From a virus (lineage: Duplodnaviria > Caudoviricetes), in the IMG/VR virus record IMGVR_UViG_3300009108_000010, positions 1 to 59,571 of that record: 59,571 bases of DNA; one strand, written 5' to 3'. This document shows positions 1-11,157 of the stretch, one piece after another; positions within the stretch are counted from its first letter, which is position 1; each line of letters starts with the position of its first letter. The notes under the pieces were generated by a model. That model did not search any database and was not told the origin of the DNA. It saw only the letters and a list, made by a program, of their open reading frames with translations. The position numbers were made by a program, and so were the translations under genes.

Positions 1-113
1 CTCAAGCAGCAGGAGGAGTATATACACCTACAGGAAATATTGGTTTACGCCCTGCAGGAACAACACCTACAAATATAAATACAAGACCTTATCAACCATT
101 AGCAGCATATTAA
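1..113 (+). CDS. 3' end of a virion/internal protein, probably the same gene that starts at 58204
   Basis: Frame from base 3 reads QAAGGVYTPTGNIGLRPAGTTPTNINTRPYQPLAAY-stop (111-113); composition resembles the ORF running off the right end. Confidence 0.6.
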   Translation, partial: QAAGGVYTPTGNIGLRPAGTTPTNINTRPYQPLAAY

Positions 114-129
114 TAAAAGGAATAAGACA

Positions 130-2529
130 ATGATAAATGAATTAGAACAACTACAGAACTTTCAAGATGATCTTGGAAGTAGAAATCCATTAGACAGATT
201 AGGAGCTTTGCAATCTATGCAAGGTCAAGATCCTGGTCTGATGGGATTACCTGTTGTTCAAGAACCAGAAGGAGATCCTAGAGCTATGTTACAACCAGAA
301 GGAGATCCAAGAGCTATGTTACAAAATATTCCTCCAGAAGTACAACAACCTAATCAAACTATAAGTGTTCCAATATCAGCAGGAGGTACTTTAGAATTAG
401 ATCCAAATACTATTGCAGTAATGGAAGCTCCACAAGGACCTGTTAATCCTATGTTAGGTGCTCCACAAGGACCTGTTAATCCTATGTTAGGTGTAGGTCC
501 TATGATACAAAGAAAAGGTGGAGGAATGGCAGAGAATGTACAAATTATAGGTGATACAGCAGAAGGTCTTGCATCTTTTGGAAGACATGGAGACAATATG
601 CTTGTTCATATGAATCCTGAAGAAGTTGCAGGATTAGCATCACTTGGAGAAATTACATATAATCCTATTACAGGATTACCTGAAGCTTGGGGTATTAAAA
701 GTTTCTTTAAACCTTTTAAACAAGCAGCTAGATCAATTAAGAAAGTAACTAAATCTAAAGCATTTAGACAATTAGCTCCTATTGCATTAGCTATTGCAGC
801 ACCTTATGCTGCTGCTTATATGGGATGGGGAGTACCTGCAGCTATGAAAGGAGCTGCTCTTTCTGCAAAAGTAGCTGCTATGGGTCCTATGGCATATGGT
901 CTTAGTACAGCAGTAGGTTCAGGATTAGGTGCATTAGCTGGAGGTGCAAAAACTTCTGATGCTTGGAGAGCTGCAGCATTAGGTGGATTATCAGCAGGTG
1001 CTTTAAGAGGTTATACAAATTATCAAAATACTGGATCTATGTGGGGTAAACCTACTATGGATTATGGAAATATTCCAAAAGTAGATGCATCTTATAGTCC
1101 AACAATACGAACAGGTTTTACTCCATCAGCACAAGTTGCTTCTTCAGTTCCAGGAGGACCTTTAAGTATAGATTCAACTTTATTAGAAGGAGCAGGAGGA
1201 AGAGGATGGCTTAGTGGTGGAAACCTTCGTACTTTTCCAACACCTTATGATCCAATGGCTGGTACAGGGTTTACAGTTGGTGGAGGAATACCACAAACAC
1301 AAATAGCTCCAGGACCTATAGGAGTAGATACTGCTGGATATACAGTAGGAGGATCAGGTATAAGAGCAGATCAACTTCCTGCTGATTTTGGTACTAGAGA
1401 TATAGCTCCTTATACAGGTTCATCTAGACTTCCTATGAGTGCAGATGCAGGAGTAGGAGCACAACCAGATTATATAGTAGGTTCTAATTATCCACAACCT
1501 GCTCAACCTAGTTGGATGGACAGACAAATAGCAGATCTAAAAGATACTCGTCTTGGTAGAGGAGTAGGTAAAGGAGTAGATTATATAACAGATCCTCAAT
1601 CAGTAACTGGAGGTATAATAGAAGACTATGGTACAAAAATGGGATTAGCTAAATTAGCAGCAATAGATTATATGACACCTGATTATACAGGAGATCGTGA
1701 AAAGGAAAGAGCATTAAGAGATGCTAGAGAAGAATTAGAACGTCAAGAGTGGGAATTTAGAAGAGAACTAACACCTGAAGAAACAGGTTTTGGTATGTCC
1801 TATGTTGTAGTTGATCCTAGTGGTGTTGAATATAATTTAACTGAAGATGAAATATTAGAGATAGCTTATGGTAGAAGAACACGACCTAAACTAACACCAA
1901 CTTATAGATTTAATCCTGATAGATTTATACCTGTAAAACGTGGTGGTGGTATAGGTTCTTTAATACATAGACAAGAAGGAAATCAAATTGGAACTCCTGA
2001 TGTAGTTGGTGATACTAGAGATAGTCTTGGAAATGAGTTTATAAATGATTTAAGAAGTCTGACTTCTGAAGAATTTGAAACTAAATATAATATGACTATG
2101 CAAGAAGGACATAAGCAATTAAAAGTTATGTTTCCTGATGTAAAACCTGGTGATTGGAATGAACTGTTTTCAGGTAGAGCATTACAACCTATAGTTCCTG
2201 ATATTCCAGTAGAAAAACCTGTTATACCTAGAGCATATGGTGGAGAATTTAGAGGTCAAGTTCCTGGTCAAGGACATGGTATGCAAGATAATGTTTACAT
2301 GCCCATAAAAGATAAAGGTAAACAAGTAGGAACATTAGCTGTATCTCCTTCTGAATATGTTGTAGATTCTTATACAATGTCTGCACTTGGTAATGGTAAT
2401 CCAGATGCAGGTGCAAAAGTAATGGATGGTGTTGTTGAAAGTGTACGTAAGAAAGCTTATGGTACAATAAAACAACCCAATGAAATAAATGGTCTTCAAG
2501 CATTAAAACCTATGATGGAAAGGGTATAA
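130..2529 (+). CDS. Internal virion/ejection protein
   Basis: 799 aa, Gly/Pro/Ala rich; blocks LASFGRHGDNMLVHMNPEE...NPITGLPE and GQVPGQGHGMQDNV...SPSEYVV resemble marine podovirus internal proteins; SD aagga upstream. Confidence 0.6.
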   Translation: MINELEQLQNFQDDLGSRNPLDRLGALQSMQGQDPGLMGLPVVQEPEGDPRAMLQPEGDPRAMLQNIPPEVQQPNQTISVPISAGGTLELDPNTIAVMEAPQGPVNPMLGAPQGPVNPMLGVGPMIQRKGGGMAENVQIIGDTAEGLASFGRHGDNMLVHMNPEEVAGLASLGEITYNPITGLPEAWGIKSFFKPFKQAARSIKKVTKSKAFRQLAPIALAIAAPYAAAYMGWGVPAAMKGAALSAKVAAMGPMAYGLSTAVGSGLGALAGGAKTSDAWRAAALGGLSAGALRGYTNYQNTGSMWGKPTMDYGNIPKVDASYSPTIRTGFTPSAQVASSVPGGPLSIDSTLLEGAGGRGWLSGGNLRTFPTPYDPMAGTGFTVGGGIPQTQIAPGPIGVDTAGYTVGGSGIRADQLPADFGTRDIAPYTGSSRLPMSADAGVGAQPDYIVGSNYPQPAQPSWMDRQIADLKDTRLGRGVGKGVDYITDPQSVTGGIIEDYGTKMGLAKLAAIDYMTPDYTGDREKERALRDAREELERQEWEFRRELTPEETGFGMSYVVVDPSGVEYNLTEDEILEIAYGRRTRPKLTPTYRFNPDRFIPVKRGGGIGSLIHRQEGNQIGTPDVVGDTRDSLGNEFINDLRSLTSEEFETKYNMTMQEGHKQLKVMFPDVKPGDWNELFSGRALQPIVPDIPVEKPVIPRAYGGEFRGQVPGQGHGMQDNVYMPIKDKGKQVGTLAVSPSEYVVDSYTMSALGNGNPDAGAKVMDGVVESVRKKAYGTIKQPNEINGLQALKPMMERV
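263..322 (+). repeat. 2 x 30-bp tandem repeat encoding (Q/E)PEGDPRAML
   Basis: aaccagaaggagatcc(t/a)agagctatgttac twice, one mismatch. Confidence 0.95.
427..492 (+). repeat. 2 x 33-bp perfect tandem repeat encoding APQGPVNPMLG
   Basis: gctccacaaggacctgttaatcctatgttaggt twice. Confidence 0.95.
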
Positions 2530-2533
2530 TAAA

Positions 2534-4492
2534 ATGGCAGTATGGTCTTCTATTTTTGGTGAAAAACAATTAACACCACCAGTTCCTGCACAACAGATAA
2601 GTGTTTCAGAAATACCTAAAGAACTTGCTCCTTATTATAAAGATATATTAAGTAAGTCTCAAGCATTATATGAACGACGAATGGCAGAAGATGAGAAAGA
2701 GAGAAGTTTTACAGGAGCTACACTTGCAAAATTTACACCTGAACAACAACAAGCATTTACAGGTATTGCAGGTCTTGTAGGATCACAAGCTCCTGCTATG
2801 GCAGAAGCTACAGAAATGACAAGAGCTGGTGCTGCTCCTATAACTGGTGAACAAATAGAAGAATATATGTCACCCTATCAGCAAGCAGTTACTGATATAG
2901 AAAAGAGAGAAGCTACTAAACAATTTGAATCAGAAGTCGTTCCAGGATTAGCTGCTAAAGCTGCACAATCTCAAGCATTTGGTGGGAGTAGACAAGCTAT
3001 ACTTGAAGGTATGGCAGCAGATACACAACAAAGATTATTAGCTGATATACAAGCTAAAGGAAGTGCTCAAGCTTATCAAGATGCTGTTCAGAGATTGCAA
3101 GAACAACGTACTAGAACAGGACAAGCAGCATCACAGATAGGTAATATTGGTACAGCAGCATATAAAGGAGCTGCTGCAGAATTAGGAGGTCTTGGTATAG
3201 TAGGTGCAGCTAAACAACAACAAGCTCAAACTGCACTTGATAAAGAATATGCTGAATGGTTAAAGCAAAGAGAACAACCTTTTAGAGAAATGGGTAAGTA
3301 TCAATCTATGGTAATAGGTGCACCTATGGGTCAAACAACATTTGAACCAAGTAAACCAGCGACTTTTGGTCCAAGTGTAGGTCAACAAATTGTAGGTGGA
3401 CTTGGAGGACTTGGACAACTCTATGGACAATTTAGTGGTAAGACTCTTGCAGGAACACCTTATCCTACGTATCCTCCAGGAGCTACTGGTAAAACTGGTG
3501 GTGGTATCTCTTCATTAGTTAGTAGAAAAAATAATGCTCAAATAGGAAATCCTTTAGATGACAAATCAGATTTTATGCAGAATTATTGGAATCAATTAAA
3601 ACAATTTCAAGGAGATATAAGTGGATATAGAACTGAAAATAAAGCTATAGCAGATTTGAAAAGAGCTCAACTACAAAGAGAAAGAGAATTAATAAAAGGT
3701 CAAACAGCTAGAAATCAATTTGAAAGAGAACAAGCATTATTTAAATCTATGGCTAAATGGGGTATGTCTCCAGAAGTTACAGGTCCAGAAGGTACAACTG
3801 CTGGTATGCAAGTTTCTCAACTTCTAAGTAGAATAGGTTCAGATGTAGGAGAAGCTGGTACAGAAATTAGAGAGAGAAGTTTAGCTGAAAAAAGAGCTGT
3901 TGATGATTTAGAAATTAAATATAGAGAAGCTATAAATGCAGGTGATATGGCTACTGCTGGTTTACTTTTAGATCAAATGAAAAATTTTGGAACAGCTTAT
4001 GCAGCAATAGAAACAGCAAGAAGAAGTAATCAACCTACATATAAAGCAGGAATGAAGACAGGAGATTTTAATGAGTTAGCTGAAAAAATGTTTCCTGGAA
4101 CATTAGATGAAAATCAGAATTGGATAATGCCTGATAAACATATAGGAGCATATACTAATTTAATGACACAATTTACACAAGCTACTGCTAATTTAGATAC
4201 AAATCCATCTACAACATTTACTGTAGGAGGTAAAACATTTGAAGTAGATATTGCAAGAGATTTAATGGGAGGTAGTGAACCAACAGGATCTATAACTTTT
4301 AGATCATTAGAAACAGATCAAAGTCCTGAAATAGCAAATGTATATAAATCTGCACTTTTATATTATATAAGAAGCAAACAAAAAGAATTAGTACCAGTAG
4401 AAGAAGAACTTCAAATGTCTCTAGATCCAAACTTAAAGGATCCTGAATTTCCTGATTTAAATTGGAAAAACAAATGGACAACAGGAACATAG
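2534..4492 (+). CDS. DNA ejection/pilot-like internal virion protein
   Basis: 652 aa, Gln/Ala-rich helical; YMSPYQQAV...AFGGSRQAI motif resembles podovirus DNA-transfer proteins. Confidence 0.6.
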   Translation: MAVWSSIFGEKQLTPPVPAQQISVSEIPKELAPYYKDILSKSQALYERRMAEDEKERSFTGATLAKFTPEQQQAFTGIAGLVGSQAPAMAEATEMTRAGAAPITGEQIEEYMSPYQQAVTDIEKREATKQFESEVVPGLAAKAAQSQAFGGSRQAILEGMAADTQQRLLADIQAKGSAQAYQDAVQRLQEQRTRTGQAASQIGNIGTAAYKGAAAELGGLGIVGAAKQQQAQTALDKEYAEWLKQREQPFREMGKYQSMVIGAPMGQTTFEPSKPATFGPSVGQQIVGGLGGLGQLYGQFSGKTLAGTPYPTYPPGATGKTGGGISSLVSRKNNAQIGNPLDDKSDFMQNYWNQLKQFQGDISGYRTENKAIADLKRAQLQRERELIKGQTARNQFEREQALFKSMAKWGMSPEVTGPEGTTAGMQVSQLLSRIGSDVGEAGTEIRERSLAEKRAVDDLEIKYREAINAGDMATAGLLLDQMKNFGTAYAAIETARRSNQPTYKAGMKTGDFNELAEKMFPGTLDENQNWIMPDKHIGAYTNLMTQFTQATANLDTNPSTTFTVGGKTFEVDIARDLMGGSEPTGSITFRSLETDQSPEIANVYKSALLYYIRSKQKELVPVEEELQMSLDPNLKDPEFPDLNWKNKWTTGT

Positions 4493-4496
4493 TTAA

Positions 4497-7400
4497 TTGG
4501 ATCAATTAAATACAACATTAGGTGCACGTTCTCAAACTTTTATAGATATGAAAGATGCTATAAAAGAGAGTATGGATAATGGTATATTTAAAAACGAGCA
4601 AGATGTAATAAATTTTATTATAGATACTGGATATGAACCTGATGATTATTTAGAAGCTAATAAAGAATATAATAGACTTGTAGCAAAAGGTGAAAATCCT
4701 AGAGATGTAAGTATTCCAGAATTACTTTTTAAAACTACTACAAAATTTGTTTCTGATACTGCTGAAGCACTATCTAATAAAGTTCCTATTACAAAAAATA
4801 TAGGTAATCTTATTGGAGATGGTACTAAAGATTGGTGGAGTAATTTTTCTGATCCTTATACACCACCAGGTGCAAAAGAAATCACGAAAGAAATAGGAGC
4901 AGATATTGGTCAAGGTGCAGCAGGTATATTAACTGTTGGTAATATTGTTCCTAGAGTAAGAAAGTTTATTAAAGGTGACAAAGTTGATGTTAACAAAATA
5001 AAAAAATTTAAAGAAGCTGTAAATAAAATTTCAAAATTAAGAACTTATTTAAAAAAAGGAGCTTATAATACTACAATAGCTGCTGGTGGATTAACATTAG
5101 CATTTAATCCTGATGAAGCAACTCTTGATGTATTAAAAAAATCTTTTCCTGAAACAGTTGAGTGGGCAAGATTAGATCCTATAGTAGATGCTTTAGCTGT
5201 TGATCCAGAAGATCCTATAGCTCTTCAATATGCTAATCAATTTGGTCAAGAACTTTTTACTGCTGGTATTATATCAACTCCTATTATAGGATTGACTATG
5301 CTTGTTAAAGCAGCTAGAAATGCTAAAAAAGTAAAAGCAAAAGAAGATGGTATTGATTCTCCTATAACAGTTTCTAAAAATAAAGGTGATGATTCTTTAG
5401 CTAATAATGCTGATCAAGAAAAAGTTATTGTAAATGAAGTTGTTGATGTAGATAATGCTTTTGAACCACCTAGTTTATTAAAAAGAATAAGAGTATCAAA
5501 ACCTTTTTCATATATTGATGAAATAAAAGAAAATTTTTTAGCTAATAGAAATATAGGAGATGATGCTTATGATTTATGGATAACAAAAAAAGGAACACCT
5601 AGAGTTATAAGACAACAAACTTCACTTAATATTAGAGAATTTAATAAAGCTATAAAAAAAGAATATGGAGTATCTAAATTTAGTAAACTTAAAAAAGAAA
5701 TACAAGATAAAATTAATAGTATTTTAGTATTGGATAAAGATAATCCTGCATATCAAAAAATATTTAATAGAAATATAGATGCTTTAAGACCTGTTATTAA
5801 AAAACAATTAGATGAAGAAAATATTAAACGAGTAGCAGAAGGTAAAAAGAAAATACCTGTAAGAAATTATAATAAAAAATTAAAAGATTTAACTGAAAAA
5901 GCAGCAGCAAATAAAACAGATACTTTTTTTAGATCTCAACAAGTTAAAATTTTAAATACATTAGAACCTTCTACAAAAAAAATAGTTCAAAAACTTAGAC
6001 AAAATGTAGATGATTTGAGTAATTATTTAGTTAAGTCTGGTGTAATGGATTCAAAAATGAGTGCAACTTTTGGATCTAATAATAAATTTTATTTACAACG
6101 AAGTTATGACATTTTTGATAACCCTTCTATTTCTCGTAATTTAAATAAAGCTTTTCGTTTATTAACTAATGAAGGTAAAGGTAATTTAAATTTTCTTATA
6201 AAGAATCCAAAATATCAAACACAAATAGATAAGATACAAAAATACCATAGTTATTTAAAAAATACTTTAGGTTTAAGTGAAGATGAAATTACTGGTATAA
6301 TAAAAGAAAGAATTACACAAAAAGGTGCTAAAGAATTATTTGATTTTTTAGAATGGGGTAGTAAAAATTATAATCATCCAAATGTTTTAAAACAAAGGAA
6401 ATTATTTTCAAAAGAATTAAGAGATATGTGGGGTGAAAAAAGAAATCCTATAACTCGTTATCAACAAACTATGGGTGAATTAGGAAAAATTACTTCTCAA
6501 GTAAAATTTTTAAAAGATTTAAGAGCAGATGGATTAGCTAAAGGATATTTACATGCTTCTAAAAAAATACCACCATCAAAAGGTATAAAAAAAATAGATG
6601 ATGTAGATACAAAAAGATATAAATTAGACGCAACAGATAAAGTACACTTAGGTAAATTGGATAGACAAGGAGGATTACAATTTCCTGCGTCTTTTAAAAG
6701 TCCTTTAGAGGGAATATTTGCAGAGGAAGAATGGGCTAAAGGAATTAGAAGAGGACTAGCTAATGAAGAAATAACAGGAGAAACTTTACTAGGTAAATTG
6801 TGGAGATTTACATCCTCAAGTTTAAAAGGAGGTGCAGAAGTTGCTAAAACTATTTTATCTCCAGTTACACAAGGAGTAAATTTTATAGGTAATTTTAATT
6901 TTGCTGCATTGTTAGGTGGTGCAAATCCTATAGAATTTGTTAAATCATTTGGTAGAACAATACAAAGTCCTAATTTTCTTAGAGGTCAAGAATGGAATAA
7001 TTGGTTTAATAAAAGATCTAAATTAGGAATAATAGATGAAGGTGTTAATGCAAAACAAATGCAAGCATATATGGATGATATATCTGAAGTAGCTAAAGGA
7101 AATAAAATTACATCTAAAGTGTTTAATGCTATATTATATCCTGTACGTTTACCTACAAAAATATATCAAGGAGCTGATAGTATAATGAGAGCTACAGTAT
7201 TTGATAGTTTACGTTCAGGAATTAGAAGAAGTGTAGAACCTACTTTAAAAAATATGCCCATAGCAAATAATCGTACTTTAGATGATGTATTAGATCATTT
7301 TATAGCAGAACGTGTACGTATGAGAATGCCAACATGGTCTATGGTTCCTAAAGGAATACGAGGATTAAAAACAATTCCTTTATTTGGCTCCTTTCCTTCT

Positions 7401-8825
7401 TGGTTTGCAGAAATTATAAGAACAACTAATAGAACTTTAAGAGGTATAGGTAATGATTTATCAGGTAGATCTGCAAATGATTTAGCTAGACATGCAGGAT
7501 TTAAAAGTGCTGATGATATGTTACAGAAAACTGGATATAATTTACGTACTAATAAAAAAGTAATGGGTTATCTTAGAGGTAAAGGAATGTGGAGTTTAGG
7601 AGCAGGTACTGGATTAGCTGTAGGTTATGATGCTTTAAATGAAACTTCTAGATTAACTTATAATATTAGTAAAAAAGCAAGTGATGCTTTAAGTTTCTTT
7701 GTTGATTATTATCAAGCTACTCCTAAAGTCTTTACAAATAATGTAGAACGTGTTAAAAAATATGATAAAAGAAAAGGAGTATGGACTGATCATTTAATTT
7801 ATAGTTATAAAGAACCTTCACGAGTAGATGTATGGCAAGGAATTAAAAATCCTATACGAAGAATAATACGTACTATAAAAAATAAGGAAGAATTAACTGA
7901 TACTCAAATTAATAATCAAATTATAAATGCATCATGGGAATTTATTTCACCTATTCTTGGACCTTCTATAGCTGCTAAAGCATTTTATGATGTAGCAACA
8001 AATAATATAGCTAATTTACCAGAAGGATCTGGACAAAGAGAAGCAGCTCTATGGGTAGAAAGTATACTAGGACCTAATGCAGGATTTACTCCTGGATTTT
8101 TATCTGAAATGCAAAGACTTTCTGAAGCTAATATAACAGAAGAGACTATGAAGAATTTTAGTACAGTTGAGAATGTCTGGGAATGGGATGGACAAAGCTG
8201 GATTAATAAAGGAGGAAGAGATCCTGAAGGAATTAAAGTTAAAACAGGAATGCCACAAGCAAGTAAATATGAAGCAGGTAAACTTTGGGAAAAAATATTA
8301 GATGGTGACTTTAATAAAATTACAAAAGATAATATATTTTCAAACTTAGGTTTAAAAACAAAACAAGTAGATATAAATCAATTAGTTAAATTTAAAGTAG
8401 CACCTTTATGGTATCAAAAAAGTTTAATAAAGAGAGATTTTTTAAGAGATATTATTACTATGCGAGCTGAAGGTTTAGATGAAGATAAATTAATACAGAG
8501 ATATAAAGATACTTTAGAAAAACATTATCAAGCTGATAAAACATTAGCTAATCTAATATCTAAATTTAAAATTTTAGGTTTGTCAGATAAAGAAATTGCA
8601 ATAGCAGTAAGTGATGTAGCAGGTAAAGATTTAAAATTAAAGACAACTAAAATAGAACGATTACTTATGGGTAAATATGATAATAAACAATTACTTCCTA
8701 CAACTCCAGAAAATAAAAGAATGTTAAGACTTTTAACAGAAGCAGGAGTAACTTTAGATAATAATGAATATGTTATTAATGAAATGAATAAAGCTTGGAA
8801 AGAATATATTAATAAACCTTTTTAA
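4497..8825 (+). CDS. Large internal virion (ejection) protein
   Basis: 1442 aa, TTG start, last of three large genes after the tail genes, the usual position for podovirus ejectosome genes. Confidence 0.55.
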   Translation: MDQLNTTLGARSQTFIDMKDAIKESMDNGIFKNEQDVINFIIDTGYEPDDYLEANKEYNRLVAKGENPRDVSIPELLFKTTTKFVSDTAEALSNKVPITKNIGNLIGDGTKDWWSNFSDPYTPPGAKEITKEIGADIGQGAAGILTVGNIVPRVRKFIKGDKVDVNKIKKFKEAVNKISKLRTYLKKGAYNTTIAAGGLTLAFNPDEATLDVLKKSFPETVEWARLDPIVDALAVDPEDPIALQYANQFGQELFTAGIISTPIIGLTMLVKAARNAKKVKAKEDGIDSPITVSKNKGDDSLANNADQEKVIVNEVVDVDNAFEPPSLLKRIRVSKPFSYIDEIKENFLANRNIGDDAYDLWITKKGTPRVIRQQTSLNIREFNKAIKKEYGVSKFSKLKKEIQDKINSILVLDKDNPAYQKIFNRNIDALRPVIKKQLDEENIKRVAEGKKKIPVRNYNKKLKDLTEKAAANKTDTFFRSQQVKILNTLEPSTKKIVQKLRQNVDDLSNYLVKSGVMDSKMSATFGSNNKFYLQRSYDIFDNPSISRNLNKAFRLLTNEGKGNLNFLIKNPKYQTQIDKIQKYHSYLKNTLGLSEDEITGIIKERITQKGAKELFDFLEWGSKNYNHPNVLKQRKLFSKELRDMWGEKRNPITRYQQTMGELGKITSQVKFLKDLRADGLAKGYLHASKKIPPSKGIKKIDDVDTKRYKLDATDKVHLGKLDRQGGLQFPASFKSPLEGIFAEEEWAKGIRRGLANEEITGETLLGKLWRFTSSSLKGGAEVAKTILSPVTQGVNFIGNFNFAALLGGANPIEFVKSFGRTIQSPNFLRGQEWNNWFNKRSKLGIIDEGVNAKQMQAYMDDISEVAKGNKITSKVFNAILYPVRLPTKIYQGADSIMRATVFDSLRSGIRRSVEPTLKNMPIANNRTLDDVLDHFIAERVRMRMPTWSMVPKGIRGLKTIPLFGSFPSWFAEIIRTTNRTLRGIGNDLSGRSANDLARHAGFKSADDMLQKTGYNLRTNKKVMGYLRGKGMWSLGAGTGLAVGYDALNETSRLTYNISKKASDALSFFVDYYQATPKVFTNNVERVKKYDKRKGVWTDHLIYSYKEPSRVDVWQGIKNPIRRIIRTIKNKEELTDTQINNQIINASWEFISPILGPSIAAKAFYDVATNNIANLPEGSGQREAALWVESILGPNAGFTPGFLSEMQRLSEANITEETMKNFSTVENVWEWDGQSWINKGGRDPEGIKVKTGMPQASKYEAGKLWEKILDGDFNKITKDNIFSNLGLKTKQVDINQLVKFKVAPLWYQKSLIKRDFLRDIITMRAEGLDEDKLIQRYKDTLEKHYQADKTLANLISKFKILGLSDKEIAIAVSDVAGKDLKLKTTKIERLLMGKYDNKQLLPTTPENKRMLRLLTEAGVTLDNNEYVINEMNKAWKEYINKPF

Positions 8826-8843
8826 TATTAGAGGACTAAGATA

Positions 8844-9104
8844 ATGCAAGATATGACAATGCTATGGAATGGAATCTTAACACTAGCTATAGGTGCATTT
8901 CTATGGTGGATACGTGGTACTAATAGTGATATAAATAAGCTACGTGAAGATTTAAAAGACCATGCATTGTCTGATGCAAAGACTAGAGAGTTTATGGCTA
9001 CTAATTATGCTACAAAAAAAGAAGTATATAGTGAAGTAAATAAAATACTTGATAGGTTTGATAGACTAGAAGAAAAATTAGATAGGTGGATGGAAAAACA
9101 ATAA
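8844..9104 (+). CDS. Small membrane protein with coiled coil (possible lysis accessory)
   Basis: N-terminal TM segment, C-terminal RFDRLEEKLD coiled coil; SD gagga. Confidence 0.6.
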   Translation: MQDMTMLWNGILTLAIGAFLWWIRGTNSDINKLREDLKDHALSDAKTREFMATNYATKKEVYSEVNKILDRFDRLEEKLDRWMEKQ

Positions 9105-9214
9105 TGTCAGAATGTACATGTAATAACCCAGATTGTACTGGTGATCCTTGTCTATGTATAGAAACTAACCAATGTGATTGTGATTGCTATGAAAAAGATA
9201 CTGATACTGATTAG
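9104..9214 (+). CDS. Cys-rich metallothionein-like peptide (36 aa, not in ORF track)
   Basis: MSECTCNNPDCTGDPCLCIETNQCDCDCYEKDTDTD; 8 Cys; TAATG coupling to the upstream gene. Confidence 0.6.
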   Translation: MSECTCNNPDCTGDPCLCIETNQCDCDCYEKDTDTD

Positions 9215-9728
9215 TGTTTGTTTTTTATTTACATTACCTACATTTGCACAAACTAATACAGTAACATCTACTACCTCTACTGTTAGTGGAACAACTAGCG
9301 TTGATAGAACTCCATCAACTGCAAGTGCTCCATCTATTATGAACAGTAATCAAGATGTCTGTAGCTTTGCTGCATCTGCTGCTATACAATCACAGATACT
9401 AGGAATAGCAGGTGGTACATCTATAAGAGATTTAAATTGTGAAAGATTAAAATTAAGTAGATCTTTATATTTTATGGGTATGAAAGTTGCAGCAGTATCC
9501 ATGTTATGTCAAGATGAAAGAGTCTTTAGAGCAATGGAAATGGCAGGAACACCATGCCCATACATGGGAAAAATTGGTGTAGACGCTGCAAAAGAATGGT
9601 TAGAAAATCCAGAAAAACGACCTGATTATGAGAAGTGGTTAAAGGAAAATATTAAAGATGAAGAATATATTACTGATGAAAATGCTCTTGGTATTTTCTC
9701 TGTTCTTCTTATATTGTTACTCATCTAA
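9189..9728 (+). CDS. Exported, C-terminally anchored protein with several Cys
   Basis: Signal peptide MKKILILISVCFLFTLPTFA-Q (ATG at 9189 preferred); C-terminal hydrophobic tail. Confidence 0.65.
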   Translation: MKKILILISVCFLFTLPTFAQTNTVTSTTSTVSGTTSVDRTPSTASAPSIMNSNQDVCSFAASAAIQSQILGIAGGTSIRDLNCERLKLSRSLYFMGMKVAAVSMLCQDERVFRAMEMAGTPCPYMGKIGVDAAKEWLENPEKRPDYEKWLKENIKDEEYITDENALGIFSVLLILLLI

Positions 9729-11157
9729 TGCACAAATGCTTGAAGAGGGTGATACAGTTACCCAAGAGATAGAGACTGAGCATCTAGGTGAAGGACATAT
9801 AGATACAATAACAGAAACTACTACAACTGTTGAACATAAAACAACAGGTGATATACTACATAAAGATACAGGTATCGTAGCAAATCGTTACGAGGGAGAT
9901 ATGGATCTAGATTGGGGTGGGCTAGGTCCTGCGAGTATGCCAAATTGTAATGCATATTTTGGTACAGGTACGTGTGGAAAAGGTACATCAAATTCTCTCA
10001 CAACCTTTGATCAATATGTAGACATATCAGATTTTCATATATCAGATGGAGGTGCATTAGAATGGGAATTACAGATGCATCATTCAAAAGCTAATACTAC
10101 AGGATATTTTCAAACAAAAGGTTATAATAATAATGTTTTACAATGGGATACAGGACAGATTACATTAGAAAATAATCAAACACCTACAACATATTCAGGA
10201 ACATATGATTTTGCAGGAGATTTAGATAAAGTATTTATAAGAATAGGTGGAGCAAAGAATTATTATTTTGATAATGTAGAATACACAGTTAATTACAATC
10301 ATATAACAACATCAGTAGAAACATGGATAGAAATTGTTCAACCAGGATTAATGGAAGATCAAATAACAATAGAACTTATTGAACAATATGATATAGCTAC
10401 ACCAGAAGAACAGTATCAAATGGATGAGATGATGGAAGAGTTTGATATAGTTATGACATTTGATATACCTACTATGGAACAACCTATGGAAGAGATGATG
10501 GTAGACGTGCCAATAGAAATGGGTGCAATGATGGAAGAATATAACGAAGGTACTATATCATATGAAGAAGTTATAACAGAAGTTCAGGAAATGGTAGAAG
10601 AGATACAAGATATAGGGATGGATGTTGACGTATCTATGCCAACATTAGAAGAGGTTAAAGAACCTGCTATTGAACAAGAACCAGTAGAAGTAGAAGTTGT
10701 AGAAGAAACTAACGAAGAACCTACAAAGGAGGTTGCTGATGTTTCTGAAGACAATAATATGGAAGAGATTAAAGACGAAGCTAAAGAAGAGATTGAACCA
10801 CAAGAAAAGAAAACTGCGAGTAAGGATGTGGATGCAGAAGAGGTGGGTCAGAAAACAGAAACAAAGAAATTAGAAACTACAAAACAACAACAAAAGAAAC
10901 AAGCTAAAGCAAATGAAATACTTGCTACAATTCAATCACAATATGATCCTGTAGCACAGATGACAACCATAGCATTAGTGACTGCTCTTGGTCCTGATAT
11001 ACAACAATATCAACAACAAGATATAGTACAACAAATGCAATGGTATGTAGAAGAAGAGATTTATACTGATCAATTAATGCCTGATCCTCTTGGAGATTAT
11101 CTAAGTGTTAGATCAAACTTACAAATGGAAAGGATGATACAACAACAGTATGAGTGA
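9658..11157 (+). CDS. Exported acidic protein
   Basis: Signal peptide, beta-rich N-domain, long Glu/Met-rich low-complexity region. Confidence 0.65.
   Translation: MKNILLMKMLLVFSLFFLYCYSSNAQMLEEGDTVTQEIETEHLGEGHIDTITETTTTVEHKTTGDILHKDTGIVANRYEGDMDLDWGGLGPASMPNCNAYFGTGTCGKGTSNSLTTFDQYVDISDFHISDGGALEWELQMHHSKANTTGYFQTKGYNNNVLQWDTGQITLENNQTPTTYSGTYDFAGDLDKVFIRIGGAKNYYFDNVEYTVNYNHITTSVETWIEIVQPGLMEDQITIELIEQYDIATPEEQYQMDEMMEEFDIVMTFDIPTMEQPMEEMMVDVPIEMGAMMEEYNEGTISYEEVITEVQEMVEEIQDIGMDVDVSMPTLEEVKEPAIEQEPVEVEVVEETNEEPTKEVADVSEDNNMEEIKDEAKEEIEPQEKKTASKDVDAEEVGQKTETKKLETTKQQQKKQAKANEILATIQSQYDPVAQMTTIALVTALGPDIQQYQQQDIVQQMQWYVEEEIYTDQLMPDPLGDYLSVRSNLQMERMIQQQYE

Noticed and set aside
263-492. Short direct repeats as a CRISPR array
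   Set aside because: Adjacent in-frame coding duplications with no spacers; no cas operon (the Cas4-like nuclease is a usual phage replication gene)
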